Of a stretch of 64,000 nt of DNA, positions 10,408 through 20,318 are shown piece by piece. Origin of the DNA: a virus (Duplodnaviria; Heunggongvirae; Uroviricota; Caudoviricetes); IMG/VR virus record IMGVR_UViG_3300035659_000001, one strand, 5' to 3'. The notes beneath the pieces are model-generated. The model worked only from the letters and a program-made list of their open reading frames with translations, did no database searches and was not told the DNA's origin. Position 1 is the first letter of the stretch, and every line of letters starts with the position of its first letter. A program made the translations under genes and the position numbers.

Positions 10408-11574
10408 ATGAAACATTTAGCCAGTATCTTGAATGAATTCATTAAAATTGCAATTGAATCTGATTGGTGGAAAAAACTTGCACCAGAACAACAAAAAGAA
10501 TACATTAGACAACATAGACAAACAAAACTTAAGCCTGTTTTAACTGACGAACAAAAGCATACAAGAGAACTTTTGACGTCAATCCCAAAAGAATGGAAAA
10601 ATGAGTTAGTTAGACAACATGGTGCAGGAGAATCATCAAAGATTGAACAACTTCCTGACGTATTAAAACCTAGACAATTAAAAAATTTATTTGATGGAAC
10701 AAACATAAAAGCTATTATTGGTTTTAAAGCAGGCACGCCAATTACAGAAAAAGTACCAATATTTTATATTAAACCTGCTTACGAAAAAGATAAATTTGAA
10801 GCTCAAATTCTTAAAGAAGACAACTCTGTTAAACCCATTACTAAAACTGTTACTAAAAACAATAGACGTAATCGTTATAATCCAACTTTTAGTTATCAAA
10901 AAAGAGATTTAAGAATGACGAATATTGTTGAATCACTTCCTGATCAAGCATACACGGTTTTTGCTATTAGATCAGACGAAGAGAGATCAAAGATTCATCA
11001 AATGCGTGAAACGACAAAATCAACGACTAATATTCGTGACATTGAATTGAAATTAATATCAAATACAATCAAACCAATGTATGACTTTTATAAAACAAAA
11101 TTAGAAGATAACATCAGCAAACTTTCACAGCAAGCAGTACCTTCATTTGAAAGTGTTATAAGTGGTGTTAATGACATGAATGAATTGCCTGTAGTAAAAA
11201 ACACTATGGATACTATTAGTCAATTAAATAATAAATTGTCAAATTTGTCGTCAGATGTGTCAGCTTTTAAATATTATCATTTGCCCTCTCAAGGAAAATT
11301 ACTTTCTGAAAACAAATATGAAATTAAAGGTTTCTTAAATAAAGTTAAAGAAATAAAGAACAAGTATGTGCAAGATAGAAAAACTTTAATAGTAGATTTG
11401 TTAAAACGTAATCAAATTGATGAAGCGAACAAACAATTACAAGAATTTGATAGTAATGATCCTACTATTCAAGCGTCTTTAAATTTTATGAACACATTAA
11501 AAGAAAAGAAAAGAAATAATCAGCCTTATAATGAAGAATTAGCTCAAATTAAATCTTCACTTTCATGGCATTAA
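10408..11574 (+). CDS. MKH-leader family protein 3
   Basis: MKHLASILNEFIKIA..WWKKLAPEQQKEYIRQH. Confidence 0.8.
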   Translation: MKHLASILNEFIKIAIESDWWKKLAPEQQKEYIRQHRQTKLKPVLTDEQKHTRELLTSIPKEWKNELVRQHGAGESSKIEQLPDVLKPRQLKNLFDGTNIKAIIGFKAGTPITEKVPIFYIKPAYEKDKFEAQILKEDNSVKPITKTVTKNNRRNRYNPTFSYQKRDLRMTNIVESLPDQAYTVFAIRSDEERSKIHQMRETTKSTTNIRDIELKLISNTIKPMYDFYKTKLEDNISKLSQQAVPSFESVISGVNDMNELPVVKNTMDTISQLNNKLSNLSSDVSAFKYYHLPSQGKLLSENKYEIKGFLNKVKEIKNKYVQDRKTLIVDLLKRNQIDEANKQLQEFDSNDPTIQASLNFMNTLKEKKRNNQPYNEELAQIKSSLSWH

Positions 11575-11582
11575 ATAAATAT

Positions 11583-11642
11583 GGGGGTGTCAGGTTTCGA
11601 CACAAGATGAGAAATATAAAGTGCATGTAGAGGATTGTCGTT
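11583..11642 (+). ncRNA. ssrA: tmRNA 5' fragment (truncated)
   Basis: GGGGGTGTCAGGTTTCGAC ... GCATGTAGAGG..GTCGTT matches the tmRNA 5' end up to pseudoknot 1; no tag ORF or 3' end follows. Confidence 0.75.
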
Positions 11643-11643
11643 A

Positions 11644-12387
11644 TTACAAAACTTCAATACCATAGTATTTTGCATCACTTTTAAGAATATCTAAGTTAAT
11701 ATTTAAAAAAGACGAAATTAATGTTTTATATTCGCCTTTTATTTGAAAACTCTTCATTCTAAATATATTTTCACTTGTCAATATACAAATGACATCTCTA
11801 GCATAAATTTTAGTACGTCCAGTATCATTTATCATGCTACCTATAGTAATACTATCATTTATAAAACAAAACTCCATATTCATTGTGTCATTATATCGTA
11901 CTACAAAATAATCATAAGGAACATATTTAGCAGTATCAGACAATAATGGAAATATAAAACTAAATGTATAATTAGTGTCTTTAAAAGTTCCAGTTATATT
12001 TTTCAACCACAATATGTTGTCAAATCGTTTAGAACATCTTTTAATAATAGACGGCTTACTCTTATATACATTAATATTCACATCACAAGGACTAAGCCAC
12101 CAAGAACTTGAAATGTTTAATTGAGCTTTATATGAACTATCAGTTTTATTACTAAATAATAAATTTGAATAATAACCATATTTATTAGTATCAGACACTG
12201 ACTGTGTCCATAAAAAAAGTTTCAAACCTTTTTTTATATTAACTGTTTGTGATATAATACTATTGTTACCATTAGCATCATTAAATTGCCATGTAATAGA
12301 ATATTTTCCGGGTTTAGATAATAAAGTATCTGAAAATACTATATTACTAATAACAAAATTTGTCAATATAATTAATAGATAGCGCAT
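11644..12387 (-). CDS. Putative secreted protein
   Basis: Signal-like N-terminus; DTLLSKPGKYSITWQFNDANGN shared with neighbour. Confidence 0.65.
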   Translation of the reverse strand: MRYLLIILTNFVISNIVFSDTLLSKPGKYSITWQFNDANGNNSIISQTVNIKKGLKLFLWTQSVSDTNKYGYYSNLLFSNKTDSSYKAQLNISSSWWLSPCDVNINVYKSKPSIIKRCSKRFDNILWLKNITGTFKDTNYTFSFIFPLLSDTAKYVPYDYFVVRYNDTMNMEFCFINDSITIGSMINDTGRTKIYARDVICILTSENIFRMKSFQIKGEYKTLISSFLNINLDILKSDAKYYGIEVL

Positions 12388-12956
12388 TAGTTTATTGTAG
12401 TGTCTAGCAGTATTTGTATTATTCTTCCAGTTATAGTATCTCCACCAACACCTCCTCCACTACAATTATCTAAAGCTTTAGGACACTTTAAAGTATATGT
12501 TGAGTCTACTGTAATAGTGGGTAAAGGATTAACAATAGAAACAGGAGGAATAGTATCTTTAACTCTAACAATTTGACTCTGATAAGATTTATTTTTACCA
12601 TCATCATAATACCATGAAATAATAAAAGTGCCCTGTTGATTATAAAATAAAGGACTTACTGTCTTACCTTTAATAACTCTTTTAAAAAAACGATCATACG
12701 CTGTCGGCGTATCTGTAACTGTTATAGAACATTGCGCTTTAATAGTATCTAATGGAATTTTCTGAGGAATCGGTGCTGAGGTGTCTTTTATAAAAACAAT
12801 TTGAAGAACTGTCGCAGTGTTTCCATTTAAATCATCAAAACCCCATGTAATTGAATATTTACCTAATTTTGATAATAAAGTATCTGTGAAAGCAAACAAA
12901 TTACTAACACTTACTATTAATGTAAGCATAAACAACGCAATTACTTTAGAACGCAT
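12387..12956 (-). CDS. Putative secreted protein with HYR/Ig-like repeats
   Basis: Signal peptide; repeated Y.ITW.FDD.NGN..Q.V.IKDT.AP, ALDNCSG. Confidence 0.65.
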   Translation of the reverse strand: MRSKVIALFMLTLIVSVSNLFAFTDTLLSKLGKYSITWGFDDLNGNTATVLQIVFIKDTSAPIPQKIPLDTIKAQCSITVTDTPTAYDRFFKRVIKGKTVSPLFYNQQGTFIISWYYDDGKNKSYQSQIVRVKDTIPPVSIVNPLPTITVDSTYTLKCPKALDNCSGGGVGGDTITGRIIQILLDTTIN

Positions 12957-12976
12957 ACAACCCCCAATTTAAAATG

Positions 12977-14428
12977 TTATTCTTTACATATAAAATTCTC
13001 AAATGACCACATATTTTTACTCATTTGTGAACTTGGATTTTCTTTAAAATATTGATAAAAATCATTCACCGGAGTCCAACTTGATTCAGTTGAAACAAAT
13101 TTACCTAAATATGGTTTAGCTATCTTTAAAACATACTCATACGGTAAATCTTCAGGCACACAGACACCTTTATTAGGATTATCAATCATCCATAATATAG
13201 CTGCAATAGCTCCTATTGCAACTTGCACTGTCGTTGCACTTTGATGCTTAACTAACTTTCTTGCACTATTTATATCTAAAATACTTCCTGTCCACCATGA
13301 ATTATATTTATGACCCATTATCAAAGCACCAAGTCTATCCTCACCACTTACAATTTCATTATTCATTATTCTCAACTTAGATTGCATCTTATAATTGTTA
13401 CAACGAAATTCTTGTAATGATGCAATTGTACTATCACATGGTAAATATACATAATGAACAGTTGGTCTGTAAACAATTTTATTATTCTCGCTAACAGTTA
13501 AATACTTTGAAATAGTATAAGCTTCACCATGTCTCACAAGCATTCCAGTAATATTTTGATTTGGCACCCATGATTTTACATTGACATTTATACCCATCTT
13601 AGCTAAAAAAATCTTATTTTTATCTCCATATTCAGGTACATAAGCATTTAATGGAATAGCATCTTCATGAGTGCCCCACCCTAATTCAGCACAAGCTGTA
13701 CCTTCTTCTCTAAATCCTTCAAGACTCCAAGTACCGACAAATTCATCAACTAGCTTAGGCTTATTTGTTATTTGAGTATCTCTTTCACTACAATGAATAA
13801 CTTTGACGCCCAATAATCTTGCTAATAATGGAAATTTTATTTTTTCGTTTTTACTCAATATATCAATAATACTATTTTTATTTGTCATTGTTGAATCACA
13901 TAACATTTGATTAGCAATGTCAACTAAGCCTTGCTTAACGAAACTTGATATCAATCCTGGGTTAGCACCGTGTTCAATAATAGCAGTTGTAGAATTCTTA
14001 TTCCATGAATTAATCATCATCTGCAACTTATGATGTCTATAATATAATGATTTTTTGTCAATTGTACAACCAAATAAATCTTCTGTATCCCATACTTCAG
14101 TGGACGTATTTAAATACATCACACTATTATCATGACACCATTTTACAATGTCATTACAATCTATACTATAACCCAAATCAACTAATATATCATTAGACTT
14201 TACATACTTTGATAATATATCGTTGATATTTTCTTGCGCGATTTTTTCTTTTATGTATGTTAAACCACAAATTGTAAATTTTTCGAGGTCTTCACTTTTA
14301 TCTTGAAAATCAATGATTGTGACTCTGTCCACTGTTATGTCTACGTGCTTTAGTAATAATGGTAGAAAACATTGTGAGACAGAGCCGTAGCCAATTACGA
14401 TGATTCGATTTGCAAATTTTATCTTCAT
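12977..14428 (-). CDS. hss: Homospermidine synthase
   Basis: IGYGSV Rossmann motif, HGANPGLIS, SERDTQ, TWSLEGF.EEG, ELGWG, YRPTVHYVY, ATTVQVA. Confidence 0.9.
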   Translation of the reverse strand: MKIKFANRIIVIGYGSVSQCFLPLLLKHVDITVDRVTIIDFQDKSEDLEKFTICGLTYIKEKIAQENINDILSKYVKSNDILVDLGYSIDCNDIVKWCHDNSVMYLNTSTEVWDTEDLFGCTIDKKSLYYRHHKLQMMINSWNKNSTTAIIEHGANPGLISSFVKQGLVDIANQMLCDSTMTNKNSIIDILSKNEKIKFPLLARLLGVKVIHCSERDTQITNKPKLVDEFVGTWSLEGFREEGTACAELGWGTHEDAIPLNAYVPEYGDKNKIFLAKMGINVNVKSWVPNQNITGMLVRHGEAYTISKYLTVSENNKIVYRPTVHYVYLPCDSTIASLQEFRCNNYKMQSKLRIMNNEIVSGEDRLGALIMGHKYNSWWTGSILDINSARKLVKHQSATTVQVAIGAIAAILWMIDNPNKGVCVPEDLPYEYVLKIAKPYLGKFVSTESSWTPVNDFYQYFKENPSSQMSKNMWSFENFICKE

Positions 14429-14465
14429 ACATCTCCTTTCATATTCAATATAAATAAATTGATTA

Positions 14466-15679
14466 GTGAGATACTAATTAAAAATCAGTTTTCTGTTTTA
14501 AACAGACTTAAATTCCCTACTCTCCATAGGTACATATATTCCATTACACTGACCTACATGCTTAATCGTCTTTGCTGCTTTAACATCTCTATCTTCTACT
14601 AAACCACAACTACACTTATACACTCTATCACTCAATGCTATCTCGTTAATATTACCACACATGTAGCACATTTTAGTTGACGGAAACCATTTGTCTATAA
14701 CAAAAACGTTTTTGTTATATTTCAGTTTTGACTTAACTAATCCCATACAACTATGTTGCACAAACTTACCATACTTCTTGTGCCATTCGTGTAATTGCTC
14801 ATCTTGAATGTATATTTTATTGTAGTTTACTGATAAATAATTAACAATTTTATTGGTAGCATCTTTTTTTCTATTTGTATTATGTTCATATTCTCTTTTA
14901 ATCTTTATACAAGTTTTGTATCTATTGTTTGAACCCTTAATTTGTTTTGCTAATTTTTGTTGCAAGCGTTTAAGTCGTTCAGTTTCTTCAACAAACACAT
15001 TAAATATCTCACCATCAGATGTCACTAAATTATTCTTTATACCAAAATCAATTCCTACATCTCCTTTCACTTTATTTTTTATCATTTCTGGTTTAATAAA
15101 TTCATAACAAATTAATTTAATATAATAGCCTGAAGCTTTTTGTATCAATTTAGCATTTGCTATTTCATAACTTTCTTTTATTTGTTTTAACCCATACACT
15201 ATCAACGGCTTTTTTATGCCATTGATTTTTATTTTGTTTTTTGATATTATTTTATGTGTCACATTATATTGTGACAAGTCTATACTATTGTACGACGACT
15301 TAAATTTTAATCGTCCAACTTTAGTACCATTATTTTTGACTTTTGTTAATGTATGAATATTTTGATGTAATATTTTTACTACATCTTGTTTGTTTTTAGC
15401 TGGTAGATATTTTAGTTCTTTTTGTTCCAATTGTTTGTCTTTATTTAGAATAGTAATTGTAGCAATTTTAGAACTAATACTAAATGGGTCTTTTTGTGAA
15501 AGTATAAAATTATAAAGCCATTTAGCTTCAGTAAAGAACATTTTTAATGAAGTTGATTGTGTTTTATTTAATTTTGAATAATCAATTTTAAGCTCTATAC
15601 TTTTACAACGTTGAGTTTGTCGTTTTAATCGAGTTAATTTTAAAGTCTCTTTTGCTTTTTCTATTTTTGCTTTATTCAT
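14466..15679 (-). mobile_element. IS200/IS605-type TnpB-only element; right end ...TCAC near 14466
   Basis: tnpB followed on the minus strand by a subterminal hairpin-like tract ending TCAC; no tnpA seen. Confidence 0.6.
14498..15679 (-). CDS. tnpB: RNA-guided endonuclease TnpB
   Basis: VGIDFGIK (RuvC-I), IQDE, TKMCYMCG..YKCSCG Zn ribbon, DRDVKAAKTI (RuvC-III). Confidence 0.9.
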   Translation of the reverse strand: MNKAKIEKAKETLKLTRLKRQTQRCKSIELKIDYSKLNKTQSTSLKMFFTEAKWLYNFILSQKDPFSISSKIATITILNKDKQLEQKELKYLPAKNKQDVVKILHQNIHTLTKVKNNGTKVGRLKFKSSYNSIDLSQYNVTHKIISKNKIKINGIKKPLIVYGLKQIKESYEIANAKLIQKASGYYIKLICYEFIKPEMIKNKVKGDVGIDFGIKNNLVTSDGEIFNVFVEETERLKRLQQKLAKQIKGSNNRYKTCIKIKREYEHNTNRKKDATNKIVNYLSVNYNKIYIQDEQLHEWHKKYGKFVQHSCMGLVKSKLKYNKNVFVIDKWFPSTKMCYMCGNINEIALSDRVYKCSCGLVEDRDVKAAKTIKHVGQCNGIYVPMESREFKSV

Positions 15680-15786
15680 TTATATAATAGCTTATATATA
15701 AATAAAGTATTACATTAAATTTTCTAATATATTTATATTACGCAAATATAAAAGGTTCATGAACTAACAAGCGAGGTAAACAAAAC

Positions 15787-16371
15787 ATGAAGCATTTAGC
15801 TACAATACAAAGTGAGTTTTTAAAACAAGCACGTAGTTGGGATGATTTGTCAATAGAAGAACAAAGAGAATATCTCAACGAACATAGAAAAAGCAAAAAA
15901 AGATTAACTGCTGGACCAAAGAAACCTGATTTTTGGTTATGGATTCGTGGCAAAAAATTTAGAGACTCTGTTACTCATAAAGAAACACCTTTCATTTTAT
16001 TGCCTACAGATCAAAAAGCTGCAATTAGAAAACAATACGACGATGAAGAAGAAAAAAGAATACAACAAACTAAAGAAAAATTTGAAGAAGATCAAAAATT
16101 AAGACAAGAGAACGAAGAAAAGCGAAAAGAAAATGCAAAGTCGCCAAGTCATAGAGACTATAAATGGACACAATCAAGATTACAAAAACTTACTAAATTA
16201 TTTGGTGATGATGCTAAGAGAGATTTAGGTAAGCAAGCTTTCGAAGATAGTGTTCATGATTTAGCTCAAGGATTTTTGTATGATCATCCTGGCGTAAAAA
16301 CATATTTAAAAAGAGAAGGTATTGAAGAACCATATCAACTTGAATATATAGCAGATATGATTTATAATTAA
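15787..16371 (+). CDS. MKH-leader family protein 4
   Basis: MKHLATIQSEFLKQARSWDDLSIEEQREYLNEH. Confidence 0.8.
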   Translation: MKHLATIQSEFLKQARSWDDLSIEEQREYLNEHRKSKKRLTAGPKKPDFWLWIRGKKFRDSVTHKETPFILLPTDQKAAIRKQYDDEEEKRIQQTKEKFEEDQKLRQENEEKRKENAKSPSHRDYKWTQSRLQKLTKLFGDDAKRDLGKQAFEDSVHDLAQGFLYDHPGVKTYLKREGIEEPYQLEYIADMIYN

Positions 16372-16379
16372 GGAGTATC

Positions 16380-16862
16380 ATGAAACATTTAGCAACTATT
16401 CAAACAGAATTTACTAAATTAGCTCATAAATGGGATGATCTTTCTTTGGATGAACAACGACAATATCTCAAACGTCATCCAAAAACAAAAAGAAGACTCA
16501 CAGCAAGACCAAAAGGCACATCTCATACTACAAACTTTAATCCTGAACAAAAAACTGTTCAAGCTTTCTGGGATAACAAACAAAATTTTGCTAAACAATA
16601 TTTAACAAATATAGGTGAAATATTAAAATCTTCTTTTCCAAACGTTAAATTGTCTGAAATTGAAAATGAGTCTAATGCATTTGGTGAAATAAAAATAGTT
16701 AAATTTAGTGAACCTATAAGCATTGGCTCTTCTCATTATGACATTGGTATAAATCTTGACTATCCAAAAATTAGATGCAAAAATATAGAAAGTAATACAA
16801 ATCTTGATAGTCAACAACCAATTTCTTTAATTAACAAAATAAAGAAACTCTCAAAAGGTTAA
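16380..16862 (+). CDS. MKH-leader family protein 5
   Basis: MKHLATIQTEFTKLAHKWDDLSLDEQRQYLKRHPK. Confidence 0.8.
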   Translation: MKHLATIQTEFTKLAHKWDDLSLDEQRQYLKRHPKTKRRLTARPKGTSHTTNFNPEQKTVQAFWDNKQNFAKQYLTNIGEILKSSFPNVKLSEIENESNAFGEIKIVKFSEPISIGSSHYDIGINLDYPKIRCKNIESNTNLDSQQPISLINKIKKLSKG

Positions 16863-16865
16863 AAA

Positions 16866-17564
16866 ATGAAACATTTAGCTACAATACAAAGTGAGTTTTT
16901 GAAACAAGCTCGTAAGTGGAATGATCTTTCATTAGAAGACCAAAAAGCTTATTTGAAAAGACATCCAAAAACTAAAAGAAGACTGACAGCAAGACCAAAA
17001 TCTGCTCCTAAATCTGGAGTTTATGATTCAGAAACGCAAACAGATGAAATTGACAAGTTCATACAAAAATTTAGCGATAAATATGATAGTGCTATAGAAA
17101 TATGGATGTCAGATGAAAACAAACAAAAATTATATAAAATGTATAAGTCTGGCAAATACAATTTCAAAAGCGTTATACAAGACACAGATGATTTCATAAC
17201 TTGGGTTGATAATTCTAGTAATATTGATCAATTTATTAAAAACAAAAAAGACAAAGGCTGGCAATTATTTGATAGTGAAAATAATATGGATCAACACGAA
17301 TTTATTTTTTATAAAACAAAATCTAAAATTGAAGATCCACATACTGTTACATTAGATACTGTTTTTAGTTCACAAAAAGATGAACAACGTATGAAAAGTC
17401 AAGCTGAAAAAAACGGCGTTTCTGTCAAAATGACAAATGATAGAGCAACGCTTAAAGGTCCTAAAGACAAACTAATCAAAATCATTAATAAATTTTATGA
17501 TGACGGTAGTGGTGATTTATCCCATTTACATAATCTTATAAAACCATTAAAGAAAAATAAGTAA
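16866..17564 (+). CDS. MKH-leader family protein 6
   Basis: MKHLATIQSEFLKQARKWNDLSLEDQKAYLKRHPK. Confidence 0.8.
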   Translation: MKHLATIQSEFLKQARKWNDLSLEDQKAYLKRHPKTKRRLTARPKSAPKSGVYDSETQTDEIDKFIQKFSDKYDSAIEIWMSDENKQKLYKMYKSGKYNFKSVIQDTDDFITWVDNSSNIDQFIKNKKDKGWQLFDSENNMDQHEFIFYKTKSKIEDPHTVTLDTVFSSQKDEQRMKSQAEKNGVSVKMTNDRATLKGPKDKLIKIINKFYDDGSGDLSHLHNLIKPLKKNK

Positions 17565-17665
17565 CATTTCTACGCTTTTTGACGTGAATATATTTTTGAG
17601 AATAATTGTACACTTTGATGAAAATGTAATATATTATTACCATAAGATAAGACTTAAAAATTTAG

Positions 17666-17700
17666 AAAGCTCCGTTGGACAACCACCGGAGCTTTTTTTT
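17666..17700 (+). terminator. Hairpin plus U-tract overlapping the SD of the next gene
   Basis: AAAGCTCCG..CGGAGCTTT then T-run; GGAG lies in the 3' arm. Confidence 0.65.
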
Positions 17701-17703
17701 GCT

Positions 17704-18588
17704 ATGTATAAATGTTATATTTGCAATAAAATGTTTGAAAAATATGATCAATTAGGTGGTCATATATCTGGTAAGCACAATGAAAGTGCAAGAAGACAAA
17801 GAGTATTATCAAGAATTAAAGAAAGAATATTTGTTTTTAAAATATGTAAAAAATGTGGCAAATTATTCAAAGTAAAAAGAACTGTTAATAAAGAGGGATT
17901 GCAACATATATCAAAAAGGGAACGAAATTATTGCAGTAATCAATGTTCAAAAAGCAGACAGTTGACGGCTGAAACAAAATTAAAAATTTCAAAATCATGT
18001 ACTGGTAAACAGTCGCCCAGAAAAGGAATAACGACAAAGATTAAAGTTTTTAAGTATTGTTTAAATTGTAAAAAACAGATTAAATTAAATTCAAAATATG
18101 GATATTGTATTCATTGTATAGGTAATGCAAAGGAATTATGTAAAAAGCAATCTGATATATTAAAAGAAGCATATAAAAATGGTAGAAAAATTTATGGTGG
18201 TAACAGAGCTAAATGGTACAAATATAAAGACATAAAAGTTCAAGGTACGTTCGAACTAAGAGCATGTTATATACTTGATGCCATGAAATTAGCAGGATTA
18301 ATTAAAGATTGGAATTATACAAATGATAGAATTAAATATTTTGATGAAAATAATAAGCAACGATCATATCTATTTGATTTCAAACTTATTAATTTAGATA
18401 ATTCAATAAATTATATTGAAGTTAAAGGGTATATAAAATCGTTAGATAAGATAAAATGGAAAGCTGCTGAAGAACAAAATTATATATTGAAAGTTTGGCA
18501 GTTTAAAGAATTAAAACAATATGAAAATCAATTTAATATCAAACGATTTAAATTGATTAAAAGATCTTTGAAATCTCGGATAGAATAG
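17704..18588 (+). CDS. Putative homing endonuclease (Zn fingers + PD-(D/E)XK domain)
   Basis: CxxC repeats, TKLKISKS NUMOD-like motif, YLFDF..YIEVKG. Confidence 0.7.
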   Translation: MYKCYICNKMFEKYDQLGGHISGKHNESARRQRVLSRIKERIFVFKICKKCGKLFKVKRTVNKEGLQHISKRERNYCSNQCSKSRQLTAETKLKISKSCTGKQSPRKGITTKIKVFKYCLNCKKQIKLNSKYGYCIHCIGNAKELCKKQSDILKEAYKNGRKIYGGNRAKWYKYKDIKVQGTFELRACYILDAMKLAGLIKDWNYTNDRIKYFDENNKQRSYLFDFKLINLDNSINYIEVKGYIKSLDKIKWKAAEEQNYILKVWQFKELKQYENQFNIKRFKLIKRSLKSRIE

Positions 18589-18605
18589 CTAAGAACATAA
18601 ATTAT

Positions 18606-18678
18606 GGTGTAGATAGTTCAGCGGCTAGAACGCTTGGCTGTGAACCAGGAAACCTCAGTTCAACTCTGAGTTTACACC
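18606..18678 (+). tRNA. tRNA-His (GUG)
   Basis: Cloverleaf with G-1, CTTGG-CTGTGAA-CCAGG, C73. Confidence 0.9.
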
Positions 18679-18704
18679 CTTAATTTTTAATAGTTAATCA
18701 ATAC

Positions 18705-18779
18705 GGGACATTGGTCTAGTTAAGTTAAGACACTGCACTGTCACTGCAGAAATCAGGGATGCAAATTCCCTATGTCCCG
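18705..18779 (+). tRNA. tRNA-Asp (GUC)
   Basis: GGGACAT/ATGTCCC; CTGCA-CTGTCAC-TGCAG. Confidence 0.9.
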
Positions 18780-18792
18780 CTTTAATATACTT

Positions 18793-18866
18793 AGGCGTAT
18801 GGCTCAATTGGGACAGCATCAGTTTCCAAAACTGACATTTTCGCAGTTCGAATCCGTGTGCGCCTG
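18793..18866 (+). tRNA. tRNA-Trp (CCA)
   Basis: AGGCGTA/TGCGCCT; TCAGT-TTCCAAA-ACTGA. Confidence 0.85.
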
Positions 18867-18871
18867 TAAAT

Positions 18872-18946
18872 GCGAGCGTAGCATAGAAGTCATGCTCTTG
18901 CCTTCCAAGCAAGCACACATCGGTGCGAATCCGATCGCTCGCTCCA
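18872..18946 (+). tRNA. tRNA-Gly (UCC)
   Basis: GCGAGCG/CGCTCGC TCCA; CTTGC-CTTCCAA-GCAAG. Confidence 0.9.
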
Positions 18947-18961
18947 ATTTTATTAGTTTAT

Positions 18962-19035
18962 GACCCAGTAGTGTAGCTGGTTAACACGACACATTTTCAA
19001 TGTGTAAATCGCCTGTTCGATCCAGGTCTGGGTTA
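18962..19035 (+). tRNA. tRNA-Glu (UUC)
   Basis: GACCCAG/CTGGGTT; ACACA-TTTTCAA-TGTGT. Confidence 0.9.
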
Positions 19036-19082
19036 TTAAACTTTAACATTTATTTATAAGTTCATATCTTATGGAGGTAATT

Positions 19083-20264
19083 ATGAACTTATGTAAATGT
19101 GGTAGAGAATTTTCAAATAATGGTGCATTTCAATCTCATATTAAAGTTTGTGATCACAAAATAGATTTTAATAAAATAAGAGAATTGTATAATAGTGGAT
19201 TACTAATATCACAAATTATGAGATTATGTTGCTGCAGCAAAACAGTTGTATACTATGCTATAAAGAATGAAGCTAAAAGATCTAAATCTGATATAGCAAT
19301 ACTAGCTCATAAAGACATGAATAGACGATCAATTAAAATTAATTGCAAGGTTTGCGAAATTTGTAATAGATCAATAAGTGTATACAATTTTAAACGGCAT
19401 TATGATTCTCATATTCTTGAAAAAAATTATACTGCAGAACAATTAAAAATAAGATGTCTTTATGATGATGAAAATTCTATACATGATATACTTAAAATGG
19501 GATATGCTAGATCATTAGTAAGAAAAACATTGCATGGACATAGAAGATGTATATCTGAAGCCGGCAAATTAGCTCATAAAACAAAAACTGATAGTTTTAA
19601 ACTTAATGAAATAGCAAAAGATAAAATTCGTAAAGCACGATTAAGATATTTGAAAGAACATCCCGAGGACACAGCTTGGAGAACAAAAAACATATCTTAT
19701 CCAGAAAAAATTTTTAAAAATATAATTGAAAATAATAATTTAACAAAACAATATGATGTAGTCAGAGAATATTCAGTGTTTCCGTATTTTATAGACTTTG
19801 CTTTTGTAAATATTAAATTAGCAGTTGAAATTGATGGATCTCAACATTGGTTAAAAGAAAGTAAAATTAAAAGAGATAAAGAAAAAACTGATCATCTTAT
19901 ATTAAAAGGTTGGAAAATATATAGAATACCTGAATTTAAATTGAAAAAAGAGTTTGAAGAGACTAAACTGCAATTTTTACAACATTTAAAATCAATTGAT
20001 GTACAACCTAAACTATTTACATTTGACAATGAAATTATTGAATATGAAAAAATAAAACAGCAAAAAAGATTACAAAAAGAATTACAACAACAAAAAAGGC
20101 ATAACTTGCAGCAATTAATAATAAATAATCGAATTATGGATGTGAAAAAAAATGGTCAAGATTGGGGTTATATTTCTAAATTGTCTAAGTTATGGAATGT
20201 TTCTCATACACAAGTTCGAAGATTTTTAGAAAAATATTGTCCTGAAATGTATTTTGTGAGTTAA
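19083..20264 (+). CDS. DUF559/Vsr-like putative homing endonuclease
   Basis: SYPE..REYSVFPYFIDFAF..AVEIDGSQH..RD..GWKIYRI. Confidence 0.8.
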   Translation: MNLCKCGREFSNNGAFQSHIKVCDHKIDFNKIRELYNSGLLISQIMRLCCCSKTVVYYAIKNEAKRSKSDIAILAHKDMNRRSIKINCKVCEICNRSISVYNFKRHYDSHILEKNYTAEQLKIRCLYDDENSIHDILKMGYARSLVRKTLHGHRRCISEAGKLAHKTKTDSFKLNEIAKDKIRKARLRYLKEHPEDTAWRTKNISYPEKIFKNIIENNNLTKQYDVVREYSVFPYFIDFAFVNIKLAVEIDGSQHWLKESKIKRDKEKTDHLILKGWKIYRIPEFKLKKEFEETKLQFLQHLKSIDVQPKLFTFDNEIIEYEKIKQQKRLQKELQQQKRHNLQQLIINNRIMDVKKNGQDWGYISKLSKLWNVSHTQVRRFLEKYCPEMYFVS

Positions 20265-20318
20265 CTTTTAACAAGGAGGTCTTATGCGGCATTAATTACT
20301 TAAACAAAGGAGTATGAG

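Noticed and set aside
17584-17703. Possible third attenuator leader (HFDENVIYYYH codons matching downstream His/Asp/Glu/Tyr tRNAs)
   Set aside because: No SD, no stop codon and no antiterminator pairing found; the AT-rich promoter-like sequence explains the TAT/AAT codons
18694-18963. ORF-track ORFs over tRNA genes (also 22491, 30999 and the 5' part of 24357)
   Set aside because: Shadow frames of GC-rich tRNA sequence
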